Of a stretch of DNA of 64,000 bases, positions 12,822 through 25,117 are shown piece after piece. Every line of letters starts with the position of its first letter. Within the stretch, counting starts at the first letter, position 1. The stretch is from NCBI GenBank assembly GCA_950097015.1, contig CATNEN010000030.1, positions 124,001-188,000 on the forward strand, read 5' to 3'. Made by a program: the position numbers and the translations under genes. The DNA is from Macrostomum hystrix (taxonomy: Eukaryota > Animalia > Platyhelminthes). The notes under the pieces were generated by a model. The model did not search any database and was not told where the DNA came from. It worked only from the letters and a program-made list of their open reading frames with translations.

Positions 12822-13138
12822 CTGTGCCCAGCCAGTTTGGCTACTAGGCTGCCTCCGTCCTCAACTGACCAGACTCGCACCAGCGGATCCTTGCCACTCT
12901 CACCTGTGGCTAAATGGCGGCCGTCGTGGCTAAATTTTAAACAGGTCAAAGACTTCTTATGCGAGCCTCGAACAAACGATTGACGATTGGCGGCCGGATC
13001 TAGCAGCACCACAGCCGCCCCGGCTGGGTAGGCCACTTTGCCGCTAACTGAGTCCAAACTGATGCTTCCCAGGGCTGTGAGGCCCAGCACCCGCTCTAGC
13101 GACACCTGGCCAAGCGGAGATGGGCGCTTCATCATGAG
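12822..13138 (-). CDS. WDR62: WDR62/MAPKBP1 exon 2
   Basis: Acceptor atatccag|CTC ATG; VSLERVLGLT..VAYPAGAAVVL..LATGESG..VRVW matches the MAPKBP1 N-terminus (VTLEKVLGIT..VAYPAGCVVVL..LVTGESG); donor CAG|gtaat at 12821, phase 2. Confidence 0.92.
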
Positions 13139-13220
13139 CTGGATATATTTTAATTGAACGCTAACTTGATCTATTGACTATTACAGTCTGTGATCATGAT
13201 CTCAAACTGGACCCAGAAAG

Positions 13221-14126
13221 GACTATGATCTCACACTGGTCATAGGAAGGACTATGATCTCACACTGGTCATAGGAAGGACTATGATCTCACACTGGTCA
13301 TAGGAAGGACTATTATCTCACACTGGTCATAGGAAGGACTATGATCTCACACTGGTCATAGGAAGGACTATGATTTCACACTGGTCATAGGAAGGACTAT
13401 TATCTCACACTGGTCATAGGAAGGACTATGATCTCACACTGGTCATAGGAAGGACTATGATCTCACACTGGTCATAGGAAGGACTATGATCTCACACTGG
13501 TCATAGGAAGGACTATGATCTCACACTGGTCATAGGAAGGACTATTATCTCACACTGGTCATAGGAAGGACTATGATCTCACACTGGTCATAGGAAGGAC
13601 TATGATCTCACACTGGTCATAGGAAGGACTATGATCTCACACTGGTCATAGGAAGGACTATTATCTCACACTGGTCATAGGAAGGACTATGATCTCACAC
13701 TGGTCATAGGAAGGACTATGATCTCACACTGGTCATAGGAAGGACTATGATCTCACACTGGTCATAGGAAGGACTATGATCTCACACTGGTCATAGGAAG
13801 GACTATGATCTCACACTGGTCATAGGAAGGACTATGATCTCACACTGGTCATAGGAAGGACTATTATCTCACACTGGTCATAGGAAGGACTATTATCTCA
13901 CACTGGTCATAGGAAGGACTATGATCTCACACTGGTCATAGGAAGGACTATGATCTCACACTGGTCATAGGAAGGACTATATCTCACACTGGTCATAGGA
14001 AGGACTATGATCTCACACTGGTCATAGGAAGGACTATGATCTCACACTGGTCATAGGAAGGACTATGATCTCACACTGGTCATAGGAAGGACTATGATCT
14101 CACACTGGTCATTGAAAGAACTATGA
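13221..14126. repeat. 29-bp minisatellite, about 31 copies (gactatgatctcacactggtcataggaag), filling WDR62 intron 1
   Basis: Direct tandem repeat with minor tat/tga variants. Confidence 0.97.
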
Positions 14127-14189
14127 CTTATTGCAAAATGCCACGATTAAGGAGGCCTATAAACAAAAATCCGTCATGTCATGTCTCAC

Positions 14190-14309
14190 CTGCTCCAGTT
14201 GACATCCTCCACCGCCGCCTCCGGCGAGACCTCCCAGGCCGCCGCGCTGTCTACCCTTTAACCGGCGGGCCCGACTAATTGAAGAGGCCGACGCCGAAGT
14301 GGAGCTCAT
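14190..14309 (-). CDS. WDR62: Predicted WDR62/MAPKBP1 coding exon 1 (MSSTSASASSISRARRLKGRQRGGLGGLAGGGGGGCQLEQ); joined CDS 5025 nt, 1674 aa
   Basis: ATG at 14309 is the first in frame after an upstream TGA; donor CAG|gtgaga at 14189 is phase 0 and matches the phase-0 acceptor at 13138. No homology support, so less certain than exons 2-5. Confidence 0.6.
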
Positions 14310-14842
14310 CGTACCGCTCGCGGGCCAGCCGCGACAACTAACGCCAACGTATCAAGGATGCTGCCCTCGACGCTGCTGATAATCTGGTCCGTAGCATGCG
14401 CATGCGGCAAACGCGCTGCTGCGGATATTGTCGGATAGAAAATTATTGATACTTCCTAGCCTATTACACAAGACCACTCACTACACTACTCAGACTACTC
14501 ATAAAAACCAGTAGAAACGGGACATAGAGATGTTTAGAGAAGCCAATCCTGATCTTGCTTGATGCTTTGGTGTAAAAGTCAACTAGAATTATCTACATTC
14601 TACTAGTGATCTCTAGACATTAAAACAAAAAACTAAGTACTACTTGAAAACACACAAGGCAAGAGACGCAGAACAAATTTCAATCCAAGAGCTACACAGC
14701 TCAAACGACTCAATCGCAGCCGCAGTGTTATTGCAGTGTTATTGATTATTTATTTAACTTTCAAATCCAACCGCAATCAGTTCGGTAATTATCAACAGTC
14801 GCTAGCTTAGTCCAAAACACTGCAAAAATCCTCGCCCCAATC

Positions 14843-15286
14843 TTAACGGTAGGACTTCTGGTAGCGAGCGCGGGCGCCTGGTCCGCCAAACTTCTTGGGC
14901 TCGCATCGGCGCGGATCGGCCACCAGCAGGGATTTGTCGTAGGAGATTAGCAAATCTTTAATCTCCTTCTTGCTGGCCTCGTCAACAAACTTCTGATAGT
15001 AGGCTACCAGGGCTTTGCTGAGAGCCTGTCTGACAGCGTACACCTGGGCGATGCGGCCGCCACCTTTGACTCGAATGCGAATGTCGACACCCTTGAACTT
15101 ATCCTCGCCCAGTAGTAGCACCGGCTCCTGCAGTTTGTACTGCAGAGCGCGCGGCTCAACTAGTTTCAAAGGCCGGCCGTTGACGCGAATAAGGCCGCGG
15201 CCAGACTTGCAGTGGGCAACAGCTGTTGCAGTCTTCTTACGGCCGAACACCTGCACAGCCTGGGATGGACTCGGACGAGTAGCCAT
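14843..15286 (-). CDS. RPS16: 40S ribosomal protein S16 (uS9), intronless CDS, 147 aa
   Basis: [53 protein letters not shown] are diagnostic. AATAAA on minus at 14754-14749; splice acceptor ttctcgccttgcag 20 nt upstream of the ATG. Confidence 0.98.
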   Translation of the reverse strand: MATRPSPSQAVQVFGRKKTATAVAHCKSGRGLIRVNGRPLKLVEPRALQYKLQEPVLLLGEDKFKGVDIRIRVKGGGRIAQVYAVRQALSKALVAYYQKFVDEASKKEIKDLLISYDKSLLVADPRRCEPKKFGGPGARARYQKSYR

Positions 15287-15468
15287 GGTTCGCTAGCTGC
15301 TATTGGCTGCAAGGCGAGAAATTGTCGCATGAAGCCGTCAGGTACCGAATTGTATTAGCACTACCGACTATCAAGGTCATTGCTGATTTAACTCATTCAC
15401 CTTTCAATTGTTGGACAACAGTCAACTTGCAGTTAACCCTGATCCATCACTACTTGTCCCTGCTCAAC

Positions 15469-15730
15469 GACTAGTTATCCCTTGTTCATGGCTAGTTATC
15501 TCTTGTCTATGACTAGTTATCCCTTGTCCATGACTAGTTATCCCTTGTTCATGGCTAGTTATCTCGTCTATGACTAGTTATCCCTTGTCTATGACTAGTT
15601 ATCCCTTGTCTATGACTAGTTATCCCTTGTCCATGACTAGTTATCCCTTGTTCATGACTAGTTATCCCTTGTTCATGACTAGTTATCCCTTGTCCATGAC
15701 TAGTTATCCCTTGTTCATGGCTAGTTATTT
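15469..15730. repeat. 21-bp minisatellite, about 12 copies (gactagttatcccttgtccat), upstream of RPS16
   Basis: Direct tandem repeat. Confidence 0.93.
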
Positions 15731-16767
15731 CGGGTTTATGACTACATATCCCTGGTCAAGTTATCCCTTTATCATGTGCAGTTATCCATTGGTGAAAACT
15801 TTTAATTCAAAAAATCTAGTTTTTTTCTAACAGATCAATTCTCTATTGACTACTTCAAGTAGAACAGTCGAAATTGTTTTGTTAAAATTGACACAGATAC
15901 CTACGAATAGTTATAAAATTCTTATAGGGCCATAAAATCGCTCCGAAATTATGTAAAATATATTTCTATTCTGGTAAAATACTGCAATAAACTACGAATT
16001 ATTGCCCAGCAGTTAGACGACTTTTTGTATTCTACTATAAACGAGGCCTACACTAGCCAACGGGCAATCCGCCCTGTCTCTTAGATATATAAAACCTCAT
16101 TTCTCCCACCAGTAGCAGTAGAAATGTTTCGGGTTACAACTTATTCAGCCGTCCCAGTTCACGATTCGACATCGCTAATCACTAACAGGGATCTCCTTAC
16201 GTTTCTATCTTCGTCTTCATACCCAATGGCAATAGGCAGTAGCATTGAAGTCGAAAATTCGCTAGTATATCAGTGCAGCTTCTAAAGTCTGATCTACAAG
16301 TCGAAGCATAATAAACAATAACCACTTTTCCCGATGTAGAATACGTAGTGGGAAAATGCTAAAGAATATTAGTAAGAACAGTAATAAAAGGTGCACACCC
16401 TGGCAAATCTCTAACCAGAATTCTATTGGATACGATTGTAAAAGAGGTGGGAAATTCTGACTGGGCAAAAAACTCGATAATTACAAAGCAGAATTACCGA
16501 ATCCCAAACCGCTAAGTGTCGCCACGCGCCACAACTAGGGTTAATGGCAAAATAAATTAAATTTATAAAGGTAGCTGCGAATCCCAACATCTGCTCCGAG
16601 CTCTTTCAGTCACACTATCGCCAAAAATGGCTAAATTGCAAAATGCGCTGGCACTTTTAATGTTGGAGAGCACTTGAGAGGTTTCTATTAAATTAAGTCG
16701 AGCTCCGCCATATCCTTAACAGTTTTTGCTATTGTTAGAGAAACTATAATAATTAAGAGATCCGCCG

Positions 16768-17038
16768 ATAAATAATAATTATTGATTACACCAGCCCCGA
16801 CAGCACGGCCGCAGCAATTACGCGGCGCGTTTGAAGGCTGCGTACGGCTGTCCAGTCCATGGACTGGTGGACGCCACACCCAACCTCAATTACCCTAATC
16901 AATGCTGGAACCCATTTTTCTGCTGGCTGAACGGAAGCAAAGCAGGATTTAAGAGTCTTACACAATTGTTCCAGTGGTGACAAGAATCGAACCCACGACC
17001 TTCAAGTCTTAAGTCTGACGCTTTAACCACTAAACTAC
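16768..17038 (-). mobile_element. tRNA-derived SINE, family A
   Basis: Minus strand: gtagtttagtggttaaagcg (A box), ggttcgattct (B box), cagccagcagaaaaatgggttcc, palindrome CCAGTCCATGGACTGG 16852-16867, TA-rich tail. Confidence 0.7.
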
Positions 17039-17559
17039 AACAACGTCCTAATGGAAAAAAATGTTTTTCTATTGTTTATATCTAGAAATATAACACCCGA
17101 CCATATCCCGGCTATTGTGCGTGCACTTTAATCCAACAAATTTTAATTACTATTCCTATAAAAATTAGCAAACATACAAATAAAAAAACAACTCGAGAAA
17201 AGTCTTGGACTAGTGGACAAAGCGACATTACAACTCATGTTGTTTTAAACTTATAAAATAAAAAACAAAGAAAAAAAAAAAAATATGCGTCAACCGCAAA
17301 AAGGCCGATATAAAAAGCCTTGCTTAGTTAATAAAGCACACAAATAAAAACAAAATAAAATTTGATTAGGAGCACACAGGAATCACAGAACGCGCACAAC
17401 AGTTTTAAAAAACGCTCCAGAAATAGACAAAAAAGTTTGATAATATTTTAGCGCAGAAAGTTAATGGAAATGTTATGTATCTTCTCACGATAGATTGTTA
17501 ACACACATAATATTTTACTTACAGACAGATACATAGGTACATACAAATTAGACTTGTCG

Positions 17560-17782
17560 GGTTGAGCTAGATGTACAGCCAGTAGCGCAGGCACAGCTAT
17601 TCAAAAGGCTGCGTACAACTGTTCAGTCCGCTGACTGTGTCCGCCACACAAACCCACACGAATTTCTGCCCGAACAGCGAATTTAGCGACTTGACCCAAG
17701 AACACCAGTTGTTTCCTTTGGGCTGAGATTCGAACTAACGACCTCACATGAAGAAGCCCAAAGCTTTAACTACTGGGTGACA
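17560..17782 (-). mobile_element. tRNA-derived SINE, family A, diverged copy
   Basis: Minus strand cccagtagttaaagc and gttcgaatct boxes; aaggctgcgtac..ctgttcagtcc..gactg shared with the 16768-17038 copy. Confidence 0.6.
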
Positions 17783-18475
17783 AGATACTGTACCAGTAGA
17801 AAATATTTCGGTAGGATTTTTAGCCTCATCTCTACAGTCTAGTTGATTGCCAGAGCATGGCTTTTATCTTCCTTTGAAGCAGAAGCTGGCTAATCTAAAC
17901 TATTTTGTGCTCACGTCAATTTTGCTTCTATTCTATTTTGTCGATTGCTCGGTACACCTGCGCGCAAGATATAAATTAAACAATTCTTGATTAGTGTGCA
18001 AACTACTATGGTTTCTAAAACCAAAACAAAGTATAATACAGAAATACAGAAAGCTGACACACTTGCTGGTATTACAAGTAAAAGAAGAATATTGCGTCAA
18101 AAAATTGGCGCAAAAGAATTCAAACGATAAAAATGGATTTTTTATAGACGATATGACGTTTAAACAGCTCTGTGGGATGATCAAAATATACACCAATTAC
18201 ATTAGACGGCTAAATTAAAAAAAAGAAAATGGCTTGCTAAAGAACTACATACAGGTATATTTACAAAAAGACATGAAATTGATCAATTATCTTTTTTCCT
18301 ATGGAATTGGCAGTAAGAAGAAAAAGCTGCAAATTTTTGTACACTACGAGATCTTAACTTTCCAACGTGACAAAAGTACCACTTTTTAACTAAACTTTGT
18401 ATTATAAAGCTTTTTTTAACCAAAATAGTCTATAAGTTTAAGGGTCTTACGAGCGTAACTATGGGTATATTGGAA

Positions 18476-18868
18476 TTAGGGCTAGAGAGACTTGGCTAGC
18501 CTGCGTACATTGCGGGTAGGGCTAGAGAGGCTTGACTAGCCTGTGTACATTGTGGGTAGGGCTAGAGAGGCTCGGCTAGCCTGTGTACATTGCGGGTAGG
18601 GCTAGAGAGGCTCGGCTAGCCTGCGTACATTGTGGGTAGGGCTAGAGAGGCTCGGCTAGCCTGTGTACATTGCGGGTAGGGCTAGAGAGGCTCGGCTAGC
18701 CTGCGTACATTGTGGATAGGGCTAGAGAGGCTCGGCTAGCCTGCGTACATTGCGGGTAGGGCTAGAGAGGCTTGGCTAGCCTGTGTACATTGTGGGTAGG
18801 GCTAGAGAGGCTCGGCTAGCCTGCGTACATTGCGGGTAGGGCTAGAGAGGCTAGTCTGTGTACATTGG
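18476..18868. repeat. 40-bp minisatellite, about 10 copies (gtagggctagagaggctcggctagcctgcgtacattgcgg)
   Basis: 40-bp period (gctagagagg at 18561, 18601, ...). Confidence 0.95.
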
Positions 18869-19405
18869 GTACTCGTAAAGACAGTTATCGCTGAAAGGGA
18901 TTCAACTTTAGGATCCGCTCTAGAATGAAATGCTAAAACTTACCTTCAAAATATATCATTATATAATTAGAGCAACATCAACATGTTCTAAACATAAGCA
19001 TACAAATAAATATACAAACAAAACGAGGCGGGCGCCACTTTTTCACGTGAGTAAATATCAACTCTGACAAGCTTCTGTTTTTAGTCGAAAACAAACGAGC
19101 ATGAAAAACATTGAACATAAAAACACGGACAAAACTCCAAGTAAGTTGTTGGGAGAATTTTAAAGTAAGATAATTTAATATAAAAGGTTTTTAATCGATA
19201 AAATCACAAGCATCAATTTTAGCTACTTTATCACCTATTTCACAAAAAATAGTGTATATTGGCTTCGTAAAACACAGACGCATATAGATGGAAACCAGAC
19301 AACCTTATCACTCGTAAAATAAATTTTCAAAGACAGAATCTGACACACAAACACAAGAAAAACAGCGAATTTCTAATATCAAATTAAGCATTTACACTTG
19401 ACGAA

Positions 19406-19981
19406 TCATCGCAGAAGAATCTTAAACTTCTCTAACTCCTCCATTAGCTGTCGATTCTGCGCTGTAAGCAGGCGAACTCGCGACTCCAAGCACTTTATAT
19501 AATCCTTCTTTTTCTGGCGACACATTCTGGCTGCTTCGCGATTCTTCATAAGCCGAGTCTCGCGCTTCCGATTCAGATAGTCCAACTGGCCACCGCCGCC
19601 TCCGCCAGCGCCACCAGCGGAAGTTGAGGCAAAAGCGGCCGAAGATGATGACGAAGATGACGGACCGCTACCGCTCGTAACAGGCGCGGAGGCGGCGGTG
19701 GCCGCTGCAGCCGCCGCAGCAGCTGCGGCAGCCGTGGCCATCGAAAACGGAAATGAAAAACTTCCAGCTGCCGAACTTACGGGCGCAAAAGCTGCTGCAG
19801 CTGCGGAAACGCCTCCGCTGATACTTCCATTATTGTTACCAACGCCACCATACGCACCAATTGGAGCAGCTAGAAGCATGGGCATAGGTATCATGCCATT
19901 GCTACTGCCGCCAATACCGCTAGAGGCATCATCCGACCCGGGCGTCTCTGGGCCCGCGGTGTTGGCCTTGTTACCCGACGG
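19406..19981 (-). CDS. CREB: CREB/CREM/ATF1-family bZIP transcription factor, terminal exon
   Basis: RKRETRLMKNREAARMCRQKKKDYIKCLESRV..L..QN..LMEEL is the CREB basic region/zipper. Acceptor acacttcag (AG 19983-19982), phase 0. No KID (RRPSY) in this exon; upstream exons not found. Confidence 0.88.
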   Translation of the reverse strand, partial: PSGNKANTAGPETPGSDDASSGIGGSSNGMIPMPMLLAAPIGAYGGVGNNNGSISGGVSAAAAAFAPVSSAAGSFSFPFSMATAAAAAAAAAAATAASAPVTSGSGPSSSSSSSAAFASTSAGGAGGGGGGQLDYLNRKRETRLMKNREAARMCRQKKKDYIKCLESRVRLLTAQNRQLMEELEKFKILLR

Positions 19982-20115
19982 CTGAAGTGTCAATGTTTTA
20001 TTTTTAATAGAGTGATTCTGATACTAAGATATCAGAACCAGAATACTTACTGATTACTAAACTGCTTCGACTGATATAAAATGTGTAAAATCTGACGTTG
20101 ATTATTGGTACAAAT

Positions 20116-20782
20116 TGTTGTGATTTATAGTTTTCTATGTACTGTATTTTTCGGTGCCCTTTCACTGACGCGTTGAACTTTGAGTCGCTTACCCCTGCTC
20201 CTGTCTGTGCTCTGCGCCTGCCTGCCTACCAATTTCTCTCACCCCTGGCGTCTGATTGGTTGAGCCAAGACGTTTGCGTACCCCGGTTATTGTTATCTCT
20301 CGTTCCTGCCCTCTCATTGGTTAGCGTCTCGCCCAGTTGTCTCATTGACCCTGCGTGATTGGCGAGGCTGCAACTAGTTCACTCTCATGCTGTTTGTCTA
20401 CCCTGCAGCTTAGCCCCCCTGGGTGAGCAGGTATTATTTATTGGCGTGCGCGCGCTCGTTCCCCTCTGGCGAGACTGTTTTGGTTTTGTTTGAGCACTCC
20501 AACCACAGCCTACTCTGGAAAATACATCAACTCAGCCAGCTCTCCCGAGCGCAAACCAGAACTGCTAGCCTACGTAAGTGTCGTTCTGCCTCTGTCTTTT
20601 CGGGTTCAGTCACTAGGACTTTGTCACCAGGGCCTGTGCATTCGTTGCGACCTTGGTTGCCGGCTTACTGCCTGTGCGTCTAGTGCGACAGTAGGCCGAC
20701 ACATAGTAAGACGGAAGTGCTGAACCTCCCTGCTCGTCCTGAGCGAGAGCCGAAGCCGGCTGGCCCGTCTCGGGACACAACA
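20116..20782. mobile_element. Solo LTR (667 bp), Gypsy-type
   Basis: Termini TGTTGTG...CACAACA (perfect 7-bp inverted ends), 4-bp target duplication AAAT (20112-20115 / 20783-20786), several CCAAT/ATTGG boxes, GC-richer than flanks; unrelated to the 254-bp LTRs. Confidence 0.8.
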
Positions 20783-23700
20783 AAATTGTAAATGAACAGG
20801 TTCTAATAGATAAAAAACGTCTGCAAAATTTACTACAAATGACTATAGTAACTTCGCGTTTTACCAGTTGCAGAATATTTCTGCCTTGCTAGCAGAAACA
20901 GCCTAAATTACTGTCCATTATTCCACATACTGCATAGACAATTTATTGAAGCAAAAAGCCTTGTAGATCTGTGAATTTCAATTACCAAGCCATCCTGATT
21001 CAACAGGTTATAGCCAATTGAAGTAATTCCTTGAATCAATGAAGGAGGCTAAGCCCTTTTTTAACATGTCACCTTTGCAATAAAGACATTACATTTTAGA
21101 ATTGATTGTAAAAAGTCCAGTCTAGCAATTATGAGAGATCTAGATTTACAAAAAATAATAGAACTTTCTATTTGGAAATTCTAGTTGGAATGTCTACAGA
21201 AGACTTAAAATTACTTTTCTGGATAAAATAACAGCCTAAAGTATATAAAGTATATTCTTTATACTGCAATATATAGTATTGCTGATAATTAAAAAAATGA
21301 AAATGTATTAATTTTTCACTCATTACTTTCACATACTTTGTGATGGAGAGTCCTGTCACTTTATTTTATTTTGCTAAAAAGGCTTCAGTTTGAGAAAAAA
21401 CAAAGCCACACATTTTTAGCTATGAAAACCCTAAATTGCAAGTTCCAAATCATGCACTTAGTTGAGCCACTGTGACTAGATCTTTAGGCTAAATATTTGG
21501 TATAAAAAACGTTTAACTTACCAAAAGTAGATAGTTAATGCTTAGCACTAAGAATTTTATTTCTGTTTTTTATCTGGCTCTATAGTTAGTTTAATACTAA
21601 ATACAGCTTTGGGCCGCAATTAGCAGATGAATTGGCTTCAAACTTTGAATTATTTTTATACCAATGAAAATTATATACAGATTATTATAATAGAAATACT
21701 ACAACTACAAAAATCCTACATTGTTATTGCTATAAAAAAGTGGAAAACATTGTTACCAACTTTAAATGTTTAATTCCTACATTTATTTTTTGTGAATTCT
21801 TAAATAGATTTAAGAGGGTCATAAATACATTTAACCATGTCAACTAAGAGGCAAAGCAGTCAGTTTGTAATGCTTGTTTAAACATTTGTTGTAAGACAGT
21901 TTAAATGGTCACATTTCATAGTCACAGTGGGTGTACAGCAGAGATTTCTGTGAAATATGAAAATTGTCTTTAGTATGCATTTTACACAATAAAATAACCT
22001 TATTTATTGCAATAAGTATAGAAAACATGCAGACATGCAACATTGTCTAAAATTGTTGCTTAAAAATACAAAACAAAGCAGAATATGTTAACTTTAGTGT
22101 CAACCTCAAAAGGTTATTCAACAGCATAGCTACACTGTACCACACCACAACACTGCTTGCCTTGACACCACTGCAATGCAACACTAGAAAATTCAGAAAA
22201 TGCTATGGATAGTTGAACATTATTTGTCCATTTATTTCAAAAGTGAAAAATATACTGGGGCCTATCTTACAATTTTGTACCCCTATCAGAAAAAGTGGTT
22301 TATTTGCAGATGGGATCTAGTGTACAAGATCCTTTTCGTTAGGATCTCGAAATATGTATATCCTCCTTGTACTTTTCTTTGTTCAAAGCAGAGCTGCTTT
22401 GTGACCTTGACCTCTATTCTATTGAAGATGATAGTCAAGATCTTCATGATGAGTGAGAACTAGCAAGTGTCAATATAACATCTTCTAAAACTGAAATTCC
22501 GTCTTTGAACTTATCATAAAACAGTAGGATGACCATGTGGCAAGGCTGGGTATTTGAAAACCTTTTTCTCCAGACCATGAATCTCTTGAACCCTTGTACA
22601 AATGTTATGCTTTTTCAAATTTAAAACAACTTTCAAAGCCATCCGATATTGACATTATCAAGATAAACAATGATTGGTCTGGTCTGTAAAAAGGATATTC
22701 AAGTACCCCCGATGTCACGTTACTATTAGCTTGTAATTATTTCAGGTTTGCTAAAAATTGCAGTTTTAAACTGTTATGCTATGCAATAATGTATTGCCCA
22801 AGTAATTCTGAACTGGGAACTGAAAGCAAGCATTGCTTTCACTACACTACAAGTGTTCAAGCATTGTAGGCATGTTTAAATCATTTTCACATGGTTTGGT
22901 ATGGTAATGCATGAACTATGTATTAAGCATTTAACATTTATTTGTGTCTGCTAAAAGTGTCTAGAAGTGTCGGCGAATGTTTCATGAGTATATGAACTCT
23001 GTGGCTTTTCTGGATTTTGAGTGGCAACTGTGATTTCAACCATCTCTTAAGAACTATAAATGTATTATGGAAGCATTCAATTTGTTTTTGTAGTACTCGG
23101 ATCCATTTCCAAGCTTTTCACTTGTCACACATGCACAATAATATCGCTTAAAGTGGCAGGCGGCAGATTGTGCATTTGCAAGTTGCAAGTAATTTGTAAA
23201 AATTAATAAATGGAATGCTAAAATGCAGTGTTTATTCAACCAATAGAAATAAAACTGTTAAGATAGAATCTTTAAGAATAATTATTGAATTATTTTACAT
23301 CTTTAAAAGCATTGATAGGCAAGTGCTATACAATTAAATACTAACTACCTTTTTCTAGCTTTTGTTTTACCTTAAACAATTTGCATTGTAGGAATAGGGC
23401 TGACTACCAGGCGAATTAGGCTTAGCACTGCATTCATAAAACTAATTGCATTGAATATTTTAATTCATGAAAACAAAGCTCTCGGTTTCTTTTGCAATGT
23501 TCCTTTCTCATACATGCGCAACACCCGGCCAACCCAGCCGAACCGGCCGGGTGAAACGAGGGCCAAGCAAGGTAAGTCGCAAAAACCAATCGACCAAGTG
23601 CAAAAAATCAAAGGGGGGACCAAGGGACAAAAAAGGCATGAAGAAAAGAAAAAAAGGAGAGAAAAAGAGAACAAATGAGAGCAAACTAAGTTGCAAATAG

Positions 23701-24843
23701 AGCAATGAAACAAACTAAGTCGTAAATAGAGCAAAAACTAAGTTGCACGGCTGGCTAAGATTTGGGAGGTTGCGCATGTATGTTCCTTTCTTATGGCATA
23801 CTTACTTGGTAACTTGGGGCATAAGTATTGTTCTGTTTGTTAAACCATTTCAAATTCAAATTTGTTCAAAAATTAAGAAATACATTTCTTTGGTTTTAGC
23901 ACAAATTTAAATTCTAAATAGTTTAATGAATTGAACCATACTTATGTGTTATGCCACTTACTTTAGCTTTTTAAATAGGCCTAATGATATAATAAGAAAA
24001 TTATTAATTACTTATCCCAACAAAATTAGCAAATTTAGACATAGATGCAATTGCAAGTTGCATCCTGGTTTTCATATTTGCATCCCCATTTTTTGGCAGA
24101 AAAAAATTAATTATGGCACTGTTGCACTGTCCATAGTAGCTGAAAACTTAATATAATAGGGTCATGTAAAGTAGTTCAAATAACTATAGACAATTATAAT
24201 AATGAGTTCCATTGTCTTTTATTTGAATTTTTAGTATATCTTTATTAGTTGCAAATTTTATCCTAGGCCTACTTACTTGTAAGCTTTGAGATGTGGCATG
24301 AAATATCATTAGGGGGCCTATGCAGAATTCTCTAGTGTTGTTTTACTTTTCAGTCCTCAAACCATTTTTATAACATACAAATAATACACTCATTTTTAAC
24401 ATTTAGGCTTCCAAAATGAACATTTTTAACGTGAACTTTAGCCTTTCAGTTATTTGCATGCACCTGGGATGATATGGGCTATATGGATCACGATCACATC
24501 TAGCATTCTAGCTATTAGCTAATAATAGCTATGGGTCTAACTTCTTTCTCTCTACATAGTCATACATTTCTTGCAGAGCTTGCTTGAAAGTATTAAATGG
24601 AAGTTAGGGAAATAAGGAAGCCAAATCAATGCGACAAGCCAATTGTATGGCCGATTCAAAAAATTGACAAAAATGAATGACAATGCCTGTTAGACACAGG
24701 AATAAAATTACTTTTTCGACTCCAGATTTTATAATCAACTAAGCAAGCAGATACAGATACACAACGCATATAACAACGACACTAAATAGTACATATTTTA
24801 GACCTTAAACAAATCTGCTGTTTTTACATTTTTCTTTAATTTG

Positions 24844-25097
24844 TGTGACGGTGTAACTTTGAGTCAGTTAATTGCTTATTATTTTATTTTAATAATTCAT
24901 ACATATTAAGTTGCGGTCAAGATTATTTATTTGCTATGCGTGGTTACTAATTATTGTTATACTGTATCAGTCTAAGAAGCCTTTTTAAAAAGCAACGTAT
25001 GTATATTTTTCTTGTAGCCAGCGTGTGTGCATCGAGAGCACTTTGACAATATACTCACAAACTTAATTACATAACATCCTTACATTTATTCGTCACA
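24844..25097 (+). repeat. 5' LTR
   Basis: By eye identical to the 3' LTR except one T/G substitution (tatactcaca vs tatacgcaca). Confidence 0.97.
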
Positions 25098-25103
25098 TAA
25101 ATT

Positions 25104-25117
25104 TGGAGGGTCCCACC
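25104..25117 (+). promoter_or_regulatory. Primer-binding site, tRNA-Gln-like
   Basis: TGGAGGGTCCCACC, 6 nt after the LTR, matches the complement of the metazoan tRNA-Gln(UUG) 3' end (...GGUGGGACCUCCA) with one extra G. Confidence 0.7.

Noticed and set aside
21000-24800. Short ORFs in the AT-rich block upstream of CREB as possible exons or transposase remnants
   Set aside because: Frames I translated had frequent stops and no recognisable domain; left unassigned.
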